In this document: positions 1 to 7,239 of the stretch, in pieces | How positions within the stretch are numbered: position 1 is the stretch's first letter | Layout: each line of letters begins with the position of its first letter | Source of the DNA: an uncultured virus (IMG/VR IMGVR_UViG_2504643024_000001) | Lineage: Duplodnaviria > Heunggongvirae > Uroviricota > Caudoviricetes | Length of the DNA stretch: 12,984 nt | Direction: 5' to 3' (one strand) | Virus record (IMG/VR): IMGVR_UViG_2504643024_000001 | The notes under the pieces: model-generated | The model's database searches: none | The model's input: the letters and a program-made list of their open reading frames with translations, nothing else | Told to the model about the DNA's origin: nothing | Position numbers and translations under genes: made by a program

Positions 1-94
1 CAATAGCAGACGTTGCAAAAATTACTCCTGATGGAGAAGCAGACGGTCGCACGGGATAAGCCAGCCGAACGAAATGAGGTTTTTTACAGTCTCA

Positions 95-169
95 ATCGGG
101 ACAGGGGGACGCCTAAGGTCGCCTCCCTCCCATTACCACCGTACATACGGGGCAAGTATACGGCTGTTC
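95..169 (-). mobile_element. Group II intron 3' remnant (domains V and VI, class C-like), degenerate, no RT/maturase
   Basis: The minus strand reads GAACAGCCGTATAC-TTGCCCC-GTATGTACGGTGGT (DV-like stem), then AATGGGAGGGAGGCGACCTTAGGCGTCCCCCTGTCCCGAT (DVI-like hairpin ending ...CCGAT). This matches the typical class C end GAACCGCCG...CGGTGGTGTGGGAGGGG...CCCCCTATCCCGAT. No RT ORF is visible upstream. Confidence 0.75.
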
Positions 170-477
170 GGTTCATTGAGTTTCCCAACCGAGCCGATAC
201 TTGTTATGCTGGCTGACGCAAATCAAACTAATTACGTGTTGCAAGGATGGCCGGCCATAAAGCAGTATGAACAAATCATCACTGCTTTGAGAACGATAAT
301 CAGCAGCCTTCCAATAATAGCCTTGCTGAATAGGTACATGGACAAGTAAGACTGCCATTTCGCGCTTTAGCTTTCCGCCAGCGAAATGTTATCTGTTCGT
401 TTAAGAATCGGCCAGCTCCTTTACTATACAAGCGTAATAATTGAAATAACAACGCTGACAGAGATGAAACGCGACCC

Positions 478-1980
478 ATGAAGCGCCCCATATTTGCTCG
501 TTACGAAACGGCTCCAGCTCTAATCGGTGCAGTAGCGCTGTCAATCGTTTTTCTGTTCTCGGTGCTGAGCTTATTTTCATTCCCTGCGGTAGATGATTTT
601 GCGTATTTTGATCAAGTAAACCAGTTTGGGTTTTGGGGAGCGCAGCGTGAATGGTACATGCATTGGTCAGGTCGATACACGGCGACTGCGGTCATGTCGA
701 TTTTTGCCGAGCTGCCAGGGGGCGAGCGTTATTATTTCCTCGGCCCCCTGTCAGCCATTGCACTTTCATTGATGACGACGTTTACTTTTTTCCAATCAGT
801 CGTCGGTCGCAAGTTACCTCTGCTTACTACTTGCGTATGCTCTCTTGCATTCTGGGTTATATATATTTCAGGCTTGCCTAACATTGCGCAATCGGTCTAC
901 TGGGATATGGGTATTGCAGACTATCAACTTGCAAACGTGGCCCTTCTCTTTGTTCTAGCTGTTGCGGCGCGGCGTGAATTTTATCCGTCTAATAATTATT
1001 TGATAATCGCGCTGCGCTTTCTGACGGCGGCGGTGATTACGGCCATTGCGGTTGGGTCGAATGAACTCACTATGATTTCAGTGCTGACGATATTGTCAGC
1101 TTTACTTTTTTTGGCGGTGCGACTGCGGCGTGATAGTGCTCGATTTTGGCTCGCGATATTAGTAATTGGAGTTGTCTGCTCTTTTATCTCTGTTTTGGCA
1201 CCGGGTAATGCAGTACGTGCAGCCAGCTTAACAAGCAATGGACTGATTCGACCTCCAACCTGGCTAGCGACAATTATGTTTGTGCCGTGGGTTATTCTCA
1301 GGGCTACCAACTGGTTGGCCAATCCAGCCCTATGGGCATCTGCAGTACTTCTACATTTCGCCACGCGCGATCAGTTCCACCAACTATTTTTCCGTGACGG
1401 ACAATTTCAATATAAGTGGCTGTATTTTCCCTTGGCTTGGGTGGTGTTGCTGTTCGCGCTAAATGGGGTTGGCTTCTTAATCAATCATTACCCACTTCCG
1501 GATCGTGCCGAGTGTGTTGTTTATTTTGTATTTTTGCTGGGGTGCTATCCAACATTAATCATATTGTTTCATTGGGCTTTCAAAGGAGCCCCTCTGAGAG
1601 CTTCAGCCTCTTTCGTGCACGTGGTGCAAATTCTGCTAGTCATCAGTCTGCTGGGTTCAGCGAGTGTTTATGAAGCGGTCAAAGACCTTTATCGAGGGCA
1701 CCGCTATTGGGTGGAAATGCGTGGGCGCTTTGAGATAATCAAGGGCGCTGTAGGTGAAGGGCAGCTCAATCCCTTGGTTCCAAGTGTGACCAGGCTTCCT
1801 CGCACCATTTCAGTCGCTGAACTTTCTACTGATGCGGGCGAACTATCCAACACGCTAATGGCAAAATATTATGCTTTAAAAACCATTAGACTAGGGCCTC
1901 CAAACAACGTTATTGGCGAGCAACATAATGTAATGAGCCAGCCGCCGGATGTGAGAGCGGTCTCATCAGATATGGACTAA
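478..1980 (+). CDS. Polytopic inner-membrane protein, DUF6056 / GT-C-fold glycosyltransferase-like (possible surface-glycan modification)
   Basis: 500-aa ORF with many hydrophobic helices. The first TM segment is followed by 'PAVDDF' and 'WYMHWSGRY'; later motifs are 'GSNE', 'APGNAVR' and C-terminal 'MAKYY'. This layout resembles DUF6056/GtrII-like proteins. Confidence 0.7.
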   Translation: MKRPIFARYETAPALIGAVALSIVFLFSVLSLFSFPAVDDFAYFDQVNQFGFWGAQREWYMHWSGRYTATAVMSIFAELPGGERYYFLGPLSAIALSLMTTFTFFQSVVGRKLPLLTTCVCSLAFWVIYISGLPNIAQSVYWDMGIADYQLANVALLFVLAVAARREFYPSNNYLIIALRFLTAAVITAIAVGSNELTMISVLTILSALLFLAVRLRRDSARFWLAILVIGVVCSFISVLAPGNAVRAASLTSNGLIRPPTWLATIMFVPWVILRATNWLANPALWASAVLLHFATRDQFHQLFFRDGQFQYKWLYFPLAWVVLLFALNGVGFLINHYPLPDRAECVVYFVFLLGCYPTLIILFHWAFKGAPLRASASFVHVVQILLVISLLGSASVYEAVKDLYRGHRYWVEMRGRFEIIKGAVGEGQLNPLVPSVTRLPRTISVAELSTDAGELSNTLMAKYYALKTIRLGPPNNVIGEQHNVMSQPPDVRAVSSDMD

Positions 1981-2377
1981 CGGCCATTGTGAAATGGTGA
2001 GATCTTAATCTTGCATCCACTGTGCACTTCTCCTAAATATTCAAAGCTTGCGGCTAAAGCTTTTGCAAATCCGCCACGCGACTAAGGCGTTTGCATTCAA
2101 CATTAAACGCAACGCTTCGATTAATGCAGGCTGCTTGGTGTCAATGCAGGGCGTTGGCTGACGAAGTCCATTCAAATGGACCTGGAAGCAGCACGGGGAT
2201 GAGCAACTCTCCGCGGCTTTATTCCAATTATCCCATGCAGTTTTTGCCGGCTAACCGCGAACGCCCGCTATCGGGAACAAAAACACGTAGATCATAACTG
2301 TCAGCAGTGGGTCGTTTTTGACTATCGCCACCGGCAGCAGTGGGCAGCCCTCTCCTGACCATGGTTACTAAGCGCGC

Positions 2378-2493
2378 TGGTCTAATCTGATGCAATCGGT
2401 GGTCAGATTGAATGCAAATGTCTGGTCAAGTGCAATGCAAGCGAGTGGTCAGTACCCATGTAATTAAGTGGTCAACTGGGGTGCAATTTCGCA
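2378..2493. mobile_element. IS21-family-like terminal remnant with five tandem 22-23-bp repeats
   Basis: TGGTC(A/T) occurs at 2378, 2400, 2423, 2446 and 2469. ATGCAA-like words occur at 2390, 2412, 2435, 2458 and 2481. The array ends ...GTGCAATTTCGCA (minus strand starts TG). Multiple subterminal repeats and TG...CA ends are IS21 hallmarks. No istA/istB is present. Confidence 0.6.
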
Positions 2494-2547
2494 TTTTTCG
2501 TGGGGGAGCGCCAACCTTGCACCAGGTTGACGCTAGTTGAAGGGGGG

Positions 2548-3372
2548 TTACTTCGTGGGTTTTACGATCTCGCCCACTCGTCGATAAACCTTCTTGGTCA
2601 TCTCTTCTGTGGAGTGCCCCAGTAGTCGGCTGGCGTGTGTCAGTTCGATTTCACTTGCGGCTTTCGAGCGAATGTCCTTGAACTGAAACTGGCGAATGCT
2701 GATGGCCAACGCTGTGTCACCGTCGGCACTAGCCTTGACTGCGGCTTTTTCCCGAGCTTCATCCCAACGGTTGCGCAACATCTGCTGGCTCATCCTGAGT
2801 CCGGACGTGTTGGTGATTAGGGTTGAGGTTTTGATACCGTTTAGCGCTCTGCGCTCCTGCAAGTCATCAATAAAAGTGCTGAGTCCAGATTGGGCGCCGG
2901 CGTCTTCCAGACGAATACGCAGGCGCTTCTCGGTTTTGCCTTGCCCGACCATCAGGAAGCCGCTGTTCAAATCAGTGGCGGCAATCTTCAGTACATCTGC
3001 TGGGCGCTGCCCAGTCAGATAGGCCAGGTCCATCGCGTCCTTGAGTTCCTGCACGGCCTGGGCGTAGACCGCATCCCACACCGTTTCCCCTGCGTAATAG
3101 TCGCGGGGCGTTTCTTTATTACGTCGAACACCAAAGCAGGGATTGGCGTTGGGTTCGTCTTGAGGTCGCAGCATTTCTTCATCTGCCTTGTAGGCGCGGA
3201 TACCCAGCTCGACGGTGAAGAGGGTGTCAGATTTGCTGCGTTCAACTTTCAGGCGAAACGCCAGTGCTTCGCGCAGTGGCGTCGAGCGCAGCGTGTGATT
3301 GAAGGTCTCGCTCAGATTGACCTGGGCGTTGAGTAGTTGCAGGGTGCGGTTGTCGAGTTTGAACTTGCTCAT
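2548..3372 (-). pseudogene. int: Chimeric ORF: phage hypothetical N-terminus + short PrtN-like C-terminal peptide + catalytic domain of a phage tyrosine integrase
   Basis: Residues ~75-274 carry tyrosine-recombinase motifs: LTGQR (R), QGKT (K), KDIR (HxxR position), LLGH (H) and KVYRR (Y). The arm-binding and most of the core-binding domain are missing. Residues 1-57 and 58-74 resemble other Pseudomonas prophage early proteins (recalled, not searched). Confidence 0.8.
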
Positions 3373-3518
3373 GCTGCGTGCCCTCCGCCATTGGGATCGA
3401 ATGGAGCAGGCGCGGTGCGATTTTTTTGCATGGGTTTTGTGGGGATGAATGCGCAGCCGGATTCGCGGGCTAGACGACGAATCTCAAAGATACGGGAGGG
3501 GGCAGCGGCGGCCGGATG
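3369..3518 (-). pseudogene. 5'-truncated small phage early gene
   Basis: The minus frame reads HPAAAAPSRIFEIRRLARESGCAFIPTKPMQKNRTAPAPFDPNGGGHAA*. The stop overlaps the next start as ATGA (3372-3369). The 'GGxAA*' ending is common in Pseudomonas phage early genes. No ATG start is present. Confidence 0.55.
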
Positions 3519-3575
3519 AGCCAATAACCATCCTCAATGTTCCCGACATGAACGCACTCCCGGACACGCTGGAGG

Positions 3576-3719
3576 TGGCTACGTGAGCTGAACGCCCTGG
3601 CAGATCGGGGTGAGTTCGAGGCGATCACCCGCAAGATTAACGGCGGGCTCAACGGCCAGGCGGATCGGCTGGAGTTGTGGGGGCGGGCGAGGGCAGTGCT
3701 ATGCGTTTTGTCGACCTGA
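3576..3719 (+). pseudogene. C-terminal fragment of a glycoside hydrolase family 19 endolysin
   Basis: The frame from 3576 reads WLRELNALADRGEFEAITRKINGGLNGQADRLELWGRARAVLCVLST*. 'ITRxINGGxNGxxDR' is the GH19 phage lysin C-terminal signature. It overlaps the Rz start as expected. The catalytic N-terminal part is absent. Confidence 0.85.
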
Positions 3720-4243
3720 TCCCTGCGCCGTATCGGTTACTGGCCAGCGGCGCGCTGCTGATGGTATTGGCCGGTGGATCGGCTGCGTTAGCGTGGCAGG
3801 TTCAGGATTGGCGTTACGGCCAGCAGCTGGAGCAGCAAGCCCGCCTGCAGGCGGAAAGCCTCAGTCAACAGACACTGGCAGCGGCCGCGCAGCAACAAGC
3901 CGAGCAGGATAAACGTCTCGCCCTCGAGCGCCGGCTTTCCGCCAGTGAACGAACCCATTACCGAGCCTTAAGCGATGCCCAACGTGATCAAGGTCGCCTG
4001 CGCGACCGCCTTGCCACTGCTGATCTGCGCTTGTCAGTCCTACTCGAGACCACCGATTCAGCCAGCGGCACCACAGTGTCAGCCGCCACCTCAACCAGCG
4101 GCGTGGTTCATGGAGCCACAAGAGCCCAACTTGACCCAGCGCATGCTCAACGAATTATCGGTATCACCGATGCCGGCGACCAAGGATTGATCGCCCTGGC
4201 GGCCTGTCAGGCCTACACCAAAGAAGTCTCAACACCGAAGTAA
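3701..4243 (+). CDS. Rz: Rz-like i-spanin
   Basis: ATG 3701 overlaps the lysin end. There is a single N-terminal TM segment (LLASGALLMVLAGGSAALAW), a Q/A-rich coiled coil and C-terminal 'LAACQAY'. It contains a nested lipoprotein ORF. Confidence 0.85.
   Translation: MRFVDLIPAPYRLLASGALLMVLAGGSAALAWQVQDWRYGQQLEQQARLQAESLSQQTLAAAAQQQAEQDKRLALERRLSASERTHYRALSDAQRDQGRLRDRLATADLRLSVLLETTDSASGTTVSAATSTSGVVHGATRAQLDPAHAQRIIGITDAGDQGLIALAACQAYTKEVSTPK
3975..4190 (+). CDS. Rz1: Rz1-like o-spanin lipoprotein embedded in Rz in the +1 frame
   Basis: 71 aa with a signal peptide ending in a lipobox-like LLICAC, followed by a Pro-rich mature region (RPPIQPAAPQCQPPPQPAAWFM). It is fully nested in Rz, as in lambda. 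Confidence 0.8.
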   Translation: MPNVIKVACATALPLLICACQSYSRPPIQPAAPQCQPPPQPAAWFMEPQEPNLTQRMLNELSVSPMPATKD

Positions 4244-4287
4244 AAAAGAGCGGCCGGTGTGGATGCGTCAACATCCAATCCGGCCGC
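4242..4287 (-). terminator. GC-rich hairpin followed by a T-run on the minus strand (possible intrinsic terminator)
   Basis: Stems are GCGGCCGG 4250-4257 / CCGGCCGC 4280-4287 and TGGATG 4260-4265 / CATCCA 4272-4277. On the minus strand the hairpin is followed by TCTTTTTT; the plus strand has no T-run. Confidence 0.45.
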
Positions 4288-4360
4288 CGTCCCTGCAGAA
4301 TGTCCCTGCAAGTCCAGCCTAGGCTCCTGCTTCGTGCACAAAGCGCGGCGAGCCTAGCAC

Positions 4361-4376
4361 CTGTTTATCCATACAG
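4361..4376. promoter_or_regulatory. LexA (SOS) box upstream of the methylase
   Basis: CTGTTTATCCATACAG fits CTG-N10-CAG; the minus strand reads TACTGTATGGATAAACAG. It lies 17 bp before ATG 4394. Confidence 0.75.
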
Positions 4377-4393
4377 TAAAGGTCTTGCTTTCA

Positions 4394-5188
4394 ATGTCTA
4401 CACCCATCATCCCTTGGATGGGCGGCAAACGCCGCCTGGCCGACCGCCTCATCCCGCTTTTTCCGCCACACGAATGCTACGTCGAAGTCTTTGCCGGCGG
4501 TGCCGCGCTCTACTTCATGAAGCCCCAGCCATCGCCGGTCGAAGTCCTAAACGACATCAACGGCGACCTGGTCACGCTTTACCGCGTCGTGCAGAACCAC
4601 CTCGAAGAATTCGTGCGCCAATTCAAATGGGCGCTCAGCTCGCGGCAGGTGTTCGAATGGCAGAAAATGACCCGCCCCGAAACCCTCACCGACATCCAAC
4701 GCGCCGCCCGTTTCTTCTACCTGCAACACCATGCCTTCGCCGGCAAAGTCTCTGGTCAGACATTCGGCACGGCGACCACCGCACCGGCCATCAACCTGCT
4801 GCGCATCGAGGAAAACCTCTCGGCCGCGTGGCAGCGCCTGTCCGGCACCTACGTCGAAAACCTCCCCTGGCTTGAATGCGCAGAACGCTATGACCGCGCC
4901 CATACCTTCCACTACATGGACCCGCCTTACTGGCAGACCGCCGGCTATGGGGTGGACTTTCCGTTTGAGAACTACGAGCGAATGGCTGACTTCATGCGCC
5001 GCTGCAAAGGCAAGGTCATGGTCAGCATCAACGACCATCCGGACATTCGCTACGTGTTCGAGGGCTTCCATTTTGAAACGTTGGACATCCGCTACAGCAA
5101 CACCAATCAGCGGCAGGGGAAAGCCGAAGTAAGCGGTGAACTGGTGATCATGAATTGGAAACCAGCGGACTTTGGAGGCTTGTTTTAG
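4394..5188 (+). CDS. Phage DNA adenine methyltransferase (Dam-like, D12 class)
   Basis: Motifs PWMGGK, YVEVFAGGAA (motif I), NDIN and YMDPPY (motif IV). GC-rich, host-like codon usage. ATG 4394 is preferred over TTG 4385. Target specificity cannot be determined from sequence. Confidence 0.92.
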   Translation: MSTPIIPWMGGKRRLADRLIPLFPPHECYVEVFAGGAALYFMKPQPSPVEVLNDINGDLVTLYRVVQNHLEEFVRQFKWALSSRQVFEWQKMTRPETLTDIQRAARFFYLQHHAFAGKVSGQTFGTATTAPAINLLRIEENLSAAWQRLSGTYVENLPWLECAERYDRAHTFHYMDPPYWQTAGYGVDFPFENYERMADFMRRCKGKVMVSINDHPDIRYVFEGFHFETLDIRYSNTNQRQGKAEVSGELVIMNWKPADFGGLF

Positions 5189-5238
5189 TACGGTTGTGAT
5201 AGTTTAGGAGGGGACTGTATTTCTTTGATGAGGCCATT

Positions 5239-6423
5239 ATGGATGCGCGGGCGTTGGAAAACCTTAAGGTTAAAATCGAGGGGTTGGTTAATAATTGTGT
5301 ATTGATGAACTCATCTATCGAGGACGATGAAAACTGGAAAAGAATAGAAAACTTGGCGCTATCTGTATCGAAGCTAAAGGCACAGTGGATCAGTCAGCGC
5401 CAAGCGCAAATGATGATCAGTAGCATTGTTGCGCGAGCTATCCCGAAACCTGATGATGGCTCCAGATTGAGTGGGAAGCTTTCTGATTTCATCGATTCGG
5501 CGGAACTGTGCGTACGAATTTACAATCGTATTATCGGGCTGCCTTATCACTACGACATATACTATGAGCTTCCAAGCATCTCTCTTCCGAATGGCGCTGG
5601 AATTAATGTTGGTTCGGGGATTTCTCTGCAGATGCTAAGTGATAATTTCGTTAGGCGAGAATCCTTGGCGAGTAAGCTAGGGGTAAACGTACAGGGTGAG
5701 TCATGCTATCTTAGAACTAAAGTTGCTGGCTATTGTGACTATGATTCAGCAGCAGTAACTCCACAGGAAAGTTTGACGTTGGTCAAGGTTTTTATCGAGC
5801 GAGGGAAGGCGTTCGGGGTTCTTGTTGATGATATTTTTTCGAAAATGTGGCCTCGAAAAACCGCGAAGCCGGTAGTTTATATACATGAAATTGACGATGG
5901 ATCAATAATTAACTCTATTAGTCTGCCGATTTCCAAAGATATTGCCGAGGCTCTAACTTCCATTCAGTTGTCTACTGCACTTTATAGAGAGGGGGGTATT
6001 GAGAAGATTTTCGTTGAGGGTATGAAGGATTTTTTGAAATTGACGAGCTCAAATGATCTGTCTCTGGCGCGGATTATTGCAGCATGTGAATGGAGCTTTG
6101 ACGCCGATTCTGAGCATGTACCCGCAATGAAAGTCGTAAAGACGTGTATCGGCCTTGAGTCGGTTTATGGTGAGGATAATTCCGAAGGGGGTTTGACGAA
6201 ATCGCTTTCTGATAGGTGTGGTTATTCGCTCGCATCAAGTGCGGCTGAAAGGAAAGATATTATGAGAAAGTGCAGGGATCTCTATCAGCTTAGATCAAGT
6301 GTCGTTCATGGAGTCCAAAGAAAGCTTTCATTTGCTGACACTGAGTTGTTGGATTTTGGAATGTCTATGCTAACTAGTTCGATAAATAAAGAAATCAGCT
6401 TGTTACCCGATCTTCAGGGCTAA
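5239..6423 (+). CDS. HEPN-domain protein, ApeA-like C-terminus (putative anti-phage RNase)
   Basis: 394 aa, visibly AT-richer than its neighbours, RBS GAGG. The C-terminus 'GLESVYG...LSDRC...LYQLRSSVVHG' contains R352-x4-H357 in the ApeA-like pattern LE...Y..RS..VHG. Confidence 0.72.
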   Translation: MDARALENLKVKIEGLVNNCVLMNSSIEDDENWKRIENLALSVSKLKAQWISQRQAQMMISSIVARAIPKPDDGSRLSGKLSDFIDSAELCVRIYNRIIGLPYHYDIYYELPSISLPNGAGINVGSGISLQMLSDNFVRRESLASKLGVNVQGESCYLRTKVAGYCDYDSAAVTPQESLTLVKVFIERGKAFGVLVDDIFSKMWPRKTAKPVVYIHEIDDGSIINSISLPISKDIAEALTSIQLSTALYREGGIEKIFVEGMKDFLKLTSSNDLSLARIIAACEWSFDADSEHVPAMKVVKTCIGLESVYGEDNSEGGLTKSLSDRCGYSLASSAAERKDIMRKCRDLYQLRSSVVHGVQRKLSFADTELLDFGMSMLTSSINKEISLLPDLQG

Positions 6424-6452
6424 ATACCTGGTCTGATGGTGATTGGGATCAT

Positions 6453-7136
6453 TCATTCGTGGATCGCTTTGATCAGCTCTGATCCTTTATTTCGAACGTT
6501 TCCTACGGCGTTGTCTACCTTAAACCACTCGAAGACCTCGGTCGGTTCACTCTGTTGCAACACCATCTGCTCGGCGCGCTCCTTGGGTGTCGCCGGGTCC
6601 AGCCATTCCCGAGCGAGCGCTGGCAAAAGCGTCACCGGTCGCCGGTCGTGTATATCCACCATGCCACCGGAACTGTCGGCGGTGATGAGCACGAACCCAT
6701 CGTGCTCGCCTGGACCTTCGTCACTGTCGGGAAGTTGGCCGATGGCGGCACACAAGATCGGTGAGCCGTCCCGGTGCCTGATCAAGTAGGGCTGCTTCTT
6801 CGGTCCGCCTTCATCAACCCATTCAAACCAGTTATCGATGGGGGTGATGGCGCGATGTGGCCAGATCGCCCGGAAGAACGGCCCGTGTGCGACCTTCTCG
6901 ACCCTGGCATTGATCGGGGCGGCGCGGTCCTTCGCCCAGTGTGGTCGCCATCCCCAGCGCACTCGGTTAGCGTGCAGAGTGTCACCTTCGAGATGGAGCA
7001 GGGCGACCTGAGTCACCGGTGCGACGTTGTACCGTTCAAGCGGCTGATCGCCAACGGTGTTGACTAGGACATTGGGCATGCTCAACGCCGCAACGAAGTC
7101 GTGGATGCCCCGGTACTGTGAAAGCCTTCCGCACAT
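6453..7136 (-). CDS. SOS response-associated peptidase (SRAP; YedK/HMCES family, abasic-site protection)
   Basis: N-terminal MCGR (catalytic Cys2), RYNVAP, INAR, WFEW, IHDRRP and VGNVRN motifs. RBS GGAGG. Confidence 0.95.
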   Translation of the reverse strand: MCGRLSQYRGIHDFVAALSMPNVLVNTVGDQPLERYNVAPVTQVALLHLEGDTLHANRVRWGWRPHWAKDRAAPINARVEKVAHGPFFRAIWPHRAITPIDNWFEWVDEGGPKKQPYLIRHRDGSPILCAAIGQLPDSDEGPGEHDGFVLITADSSGGMVDIHDRRPVTLLPALAREWLDPATPKERAEQMVLQQSEPTEVFEWFKVDNAVGNVRNKGSELIKAIHE

Positions 7137-7176
7137 TGGATAAGCCCTCCGCCTGTCGAAATCTTCTGCAAGAAAA

Positions 7177-7219
7177 TTGACCCCAAGCCGGTATCAAAGT
7201 TAACTGTATATTAATACAG
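7177..7219 (+). promoter_or_regulatory. SOS promoter of umuDC with LexA box (7204-7219)
   Basis: CTGTATATTAATACAG is near consensus. TTGACC (7177-7182), a 17-bp spacer and TTAACT (7200-7205) overlap the box. It lies in the 103-bp divergent SRAP/umuD spacer. Confidence 0.88.
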
Positions 7220-7239
7220 TATATGTAAAAGGCCGCGTC

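Noticed and set aside
8..93. Tiny MITE bounded by CAGACGTTGCAAAA / TTTTTTACAGTCTC
   Set aside because: The inverted repeat is too degenerate and too close to the window edge to support a call.
13..491. Short ORFs as an intron maturase or retron RT
   Set aside because: No RT or maturase motifs such as YADD. The ORFs overlap the intron RNA relic.
2091..2297. 68-aa ORF between the membrane gene and the repeat array
   Set aside because: TTG start, no clear RBS and no recognisable features.
2378..2493. CRISPR array
   Set aside because: The period is only 22-23 bp with 6-bp conserved blocks. There is no repeat-spacer structure and no cas gene.
4300..5132. Alternative-frame and antisense ORFs over the methylase, and a possible Com-like regulator upstream
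   Set aside because: These are Arg/Pro-rich shadow frames. No Com-type paired CxxC small ORF is visible in the spacer.
5215..5230. Third LexA box before the HEPN gene (CTGTATTTCTTTGATG)
   Set aside because: The right half is ATG rather than CAG, so this is a half-site only.
4394..6423. Type II restriction-modification pair
   Set aside because: The downstream gene shows a HEPN R-x4-H motif rather than a recognisable PD-(D/E)xK or HNH nuclease. The methylase looks like a standard orphan phage enzyme with different base composition.
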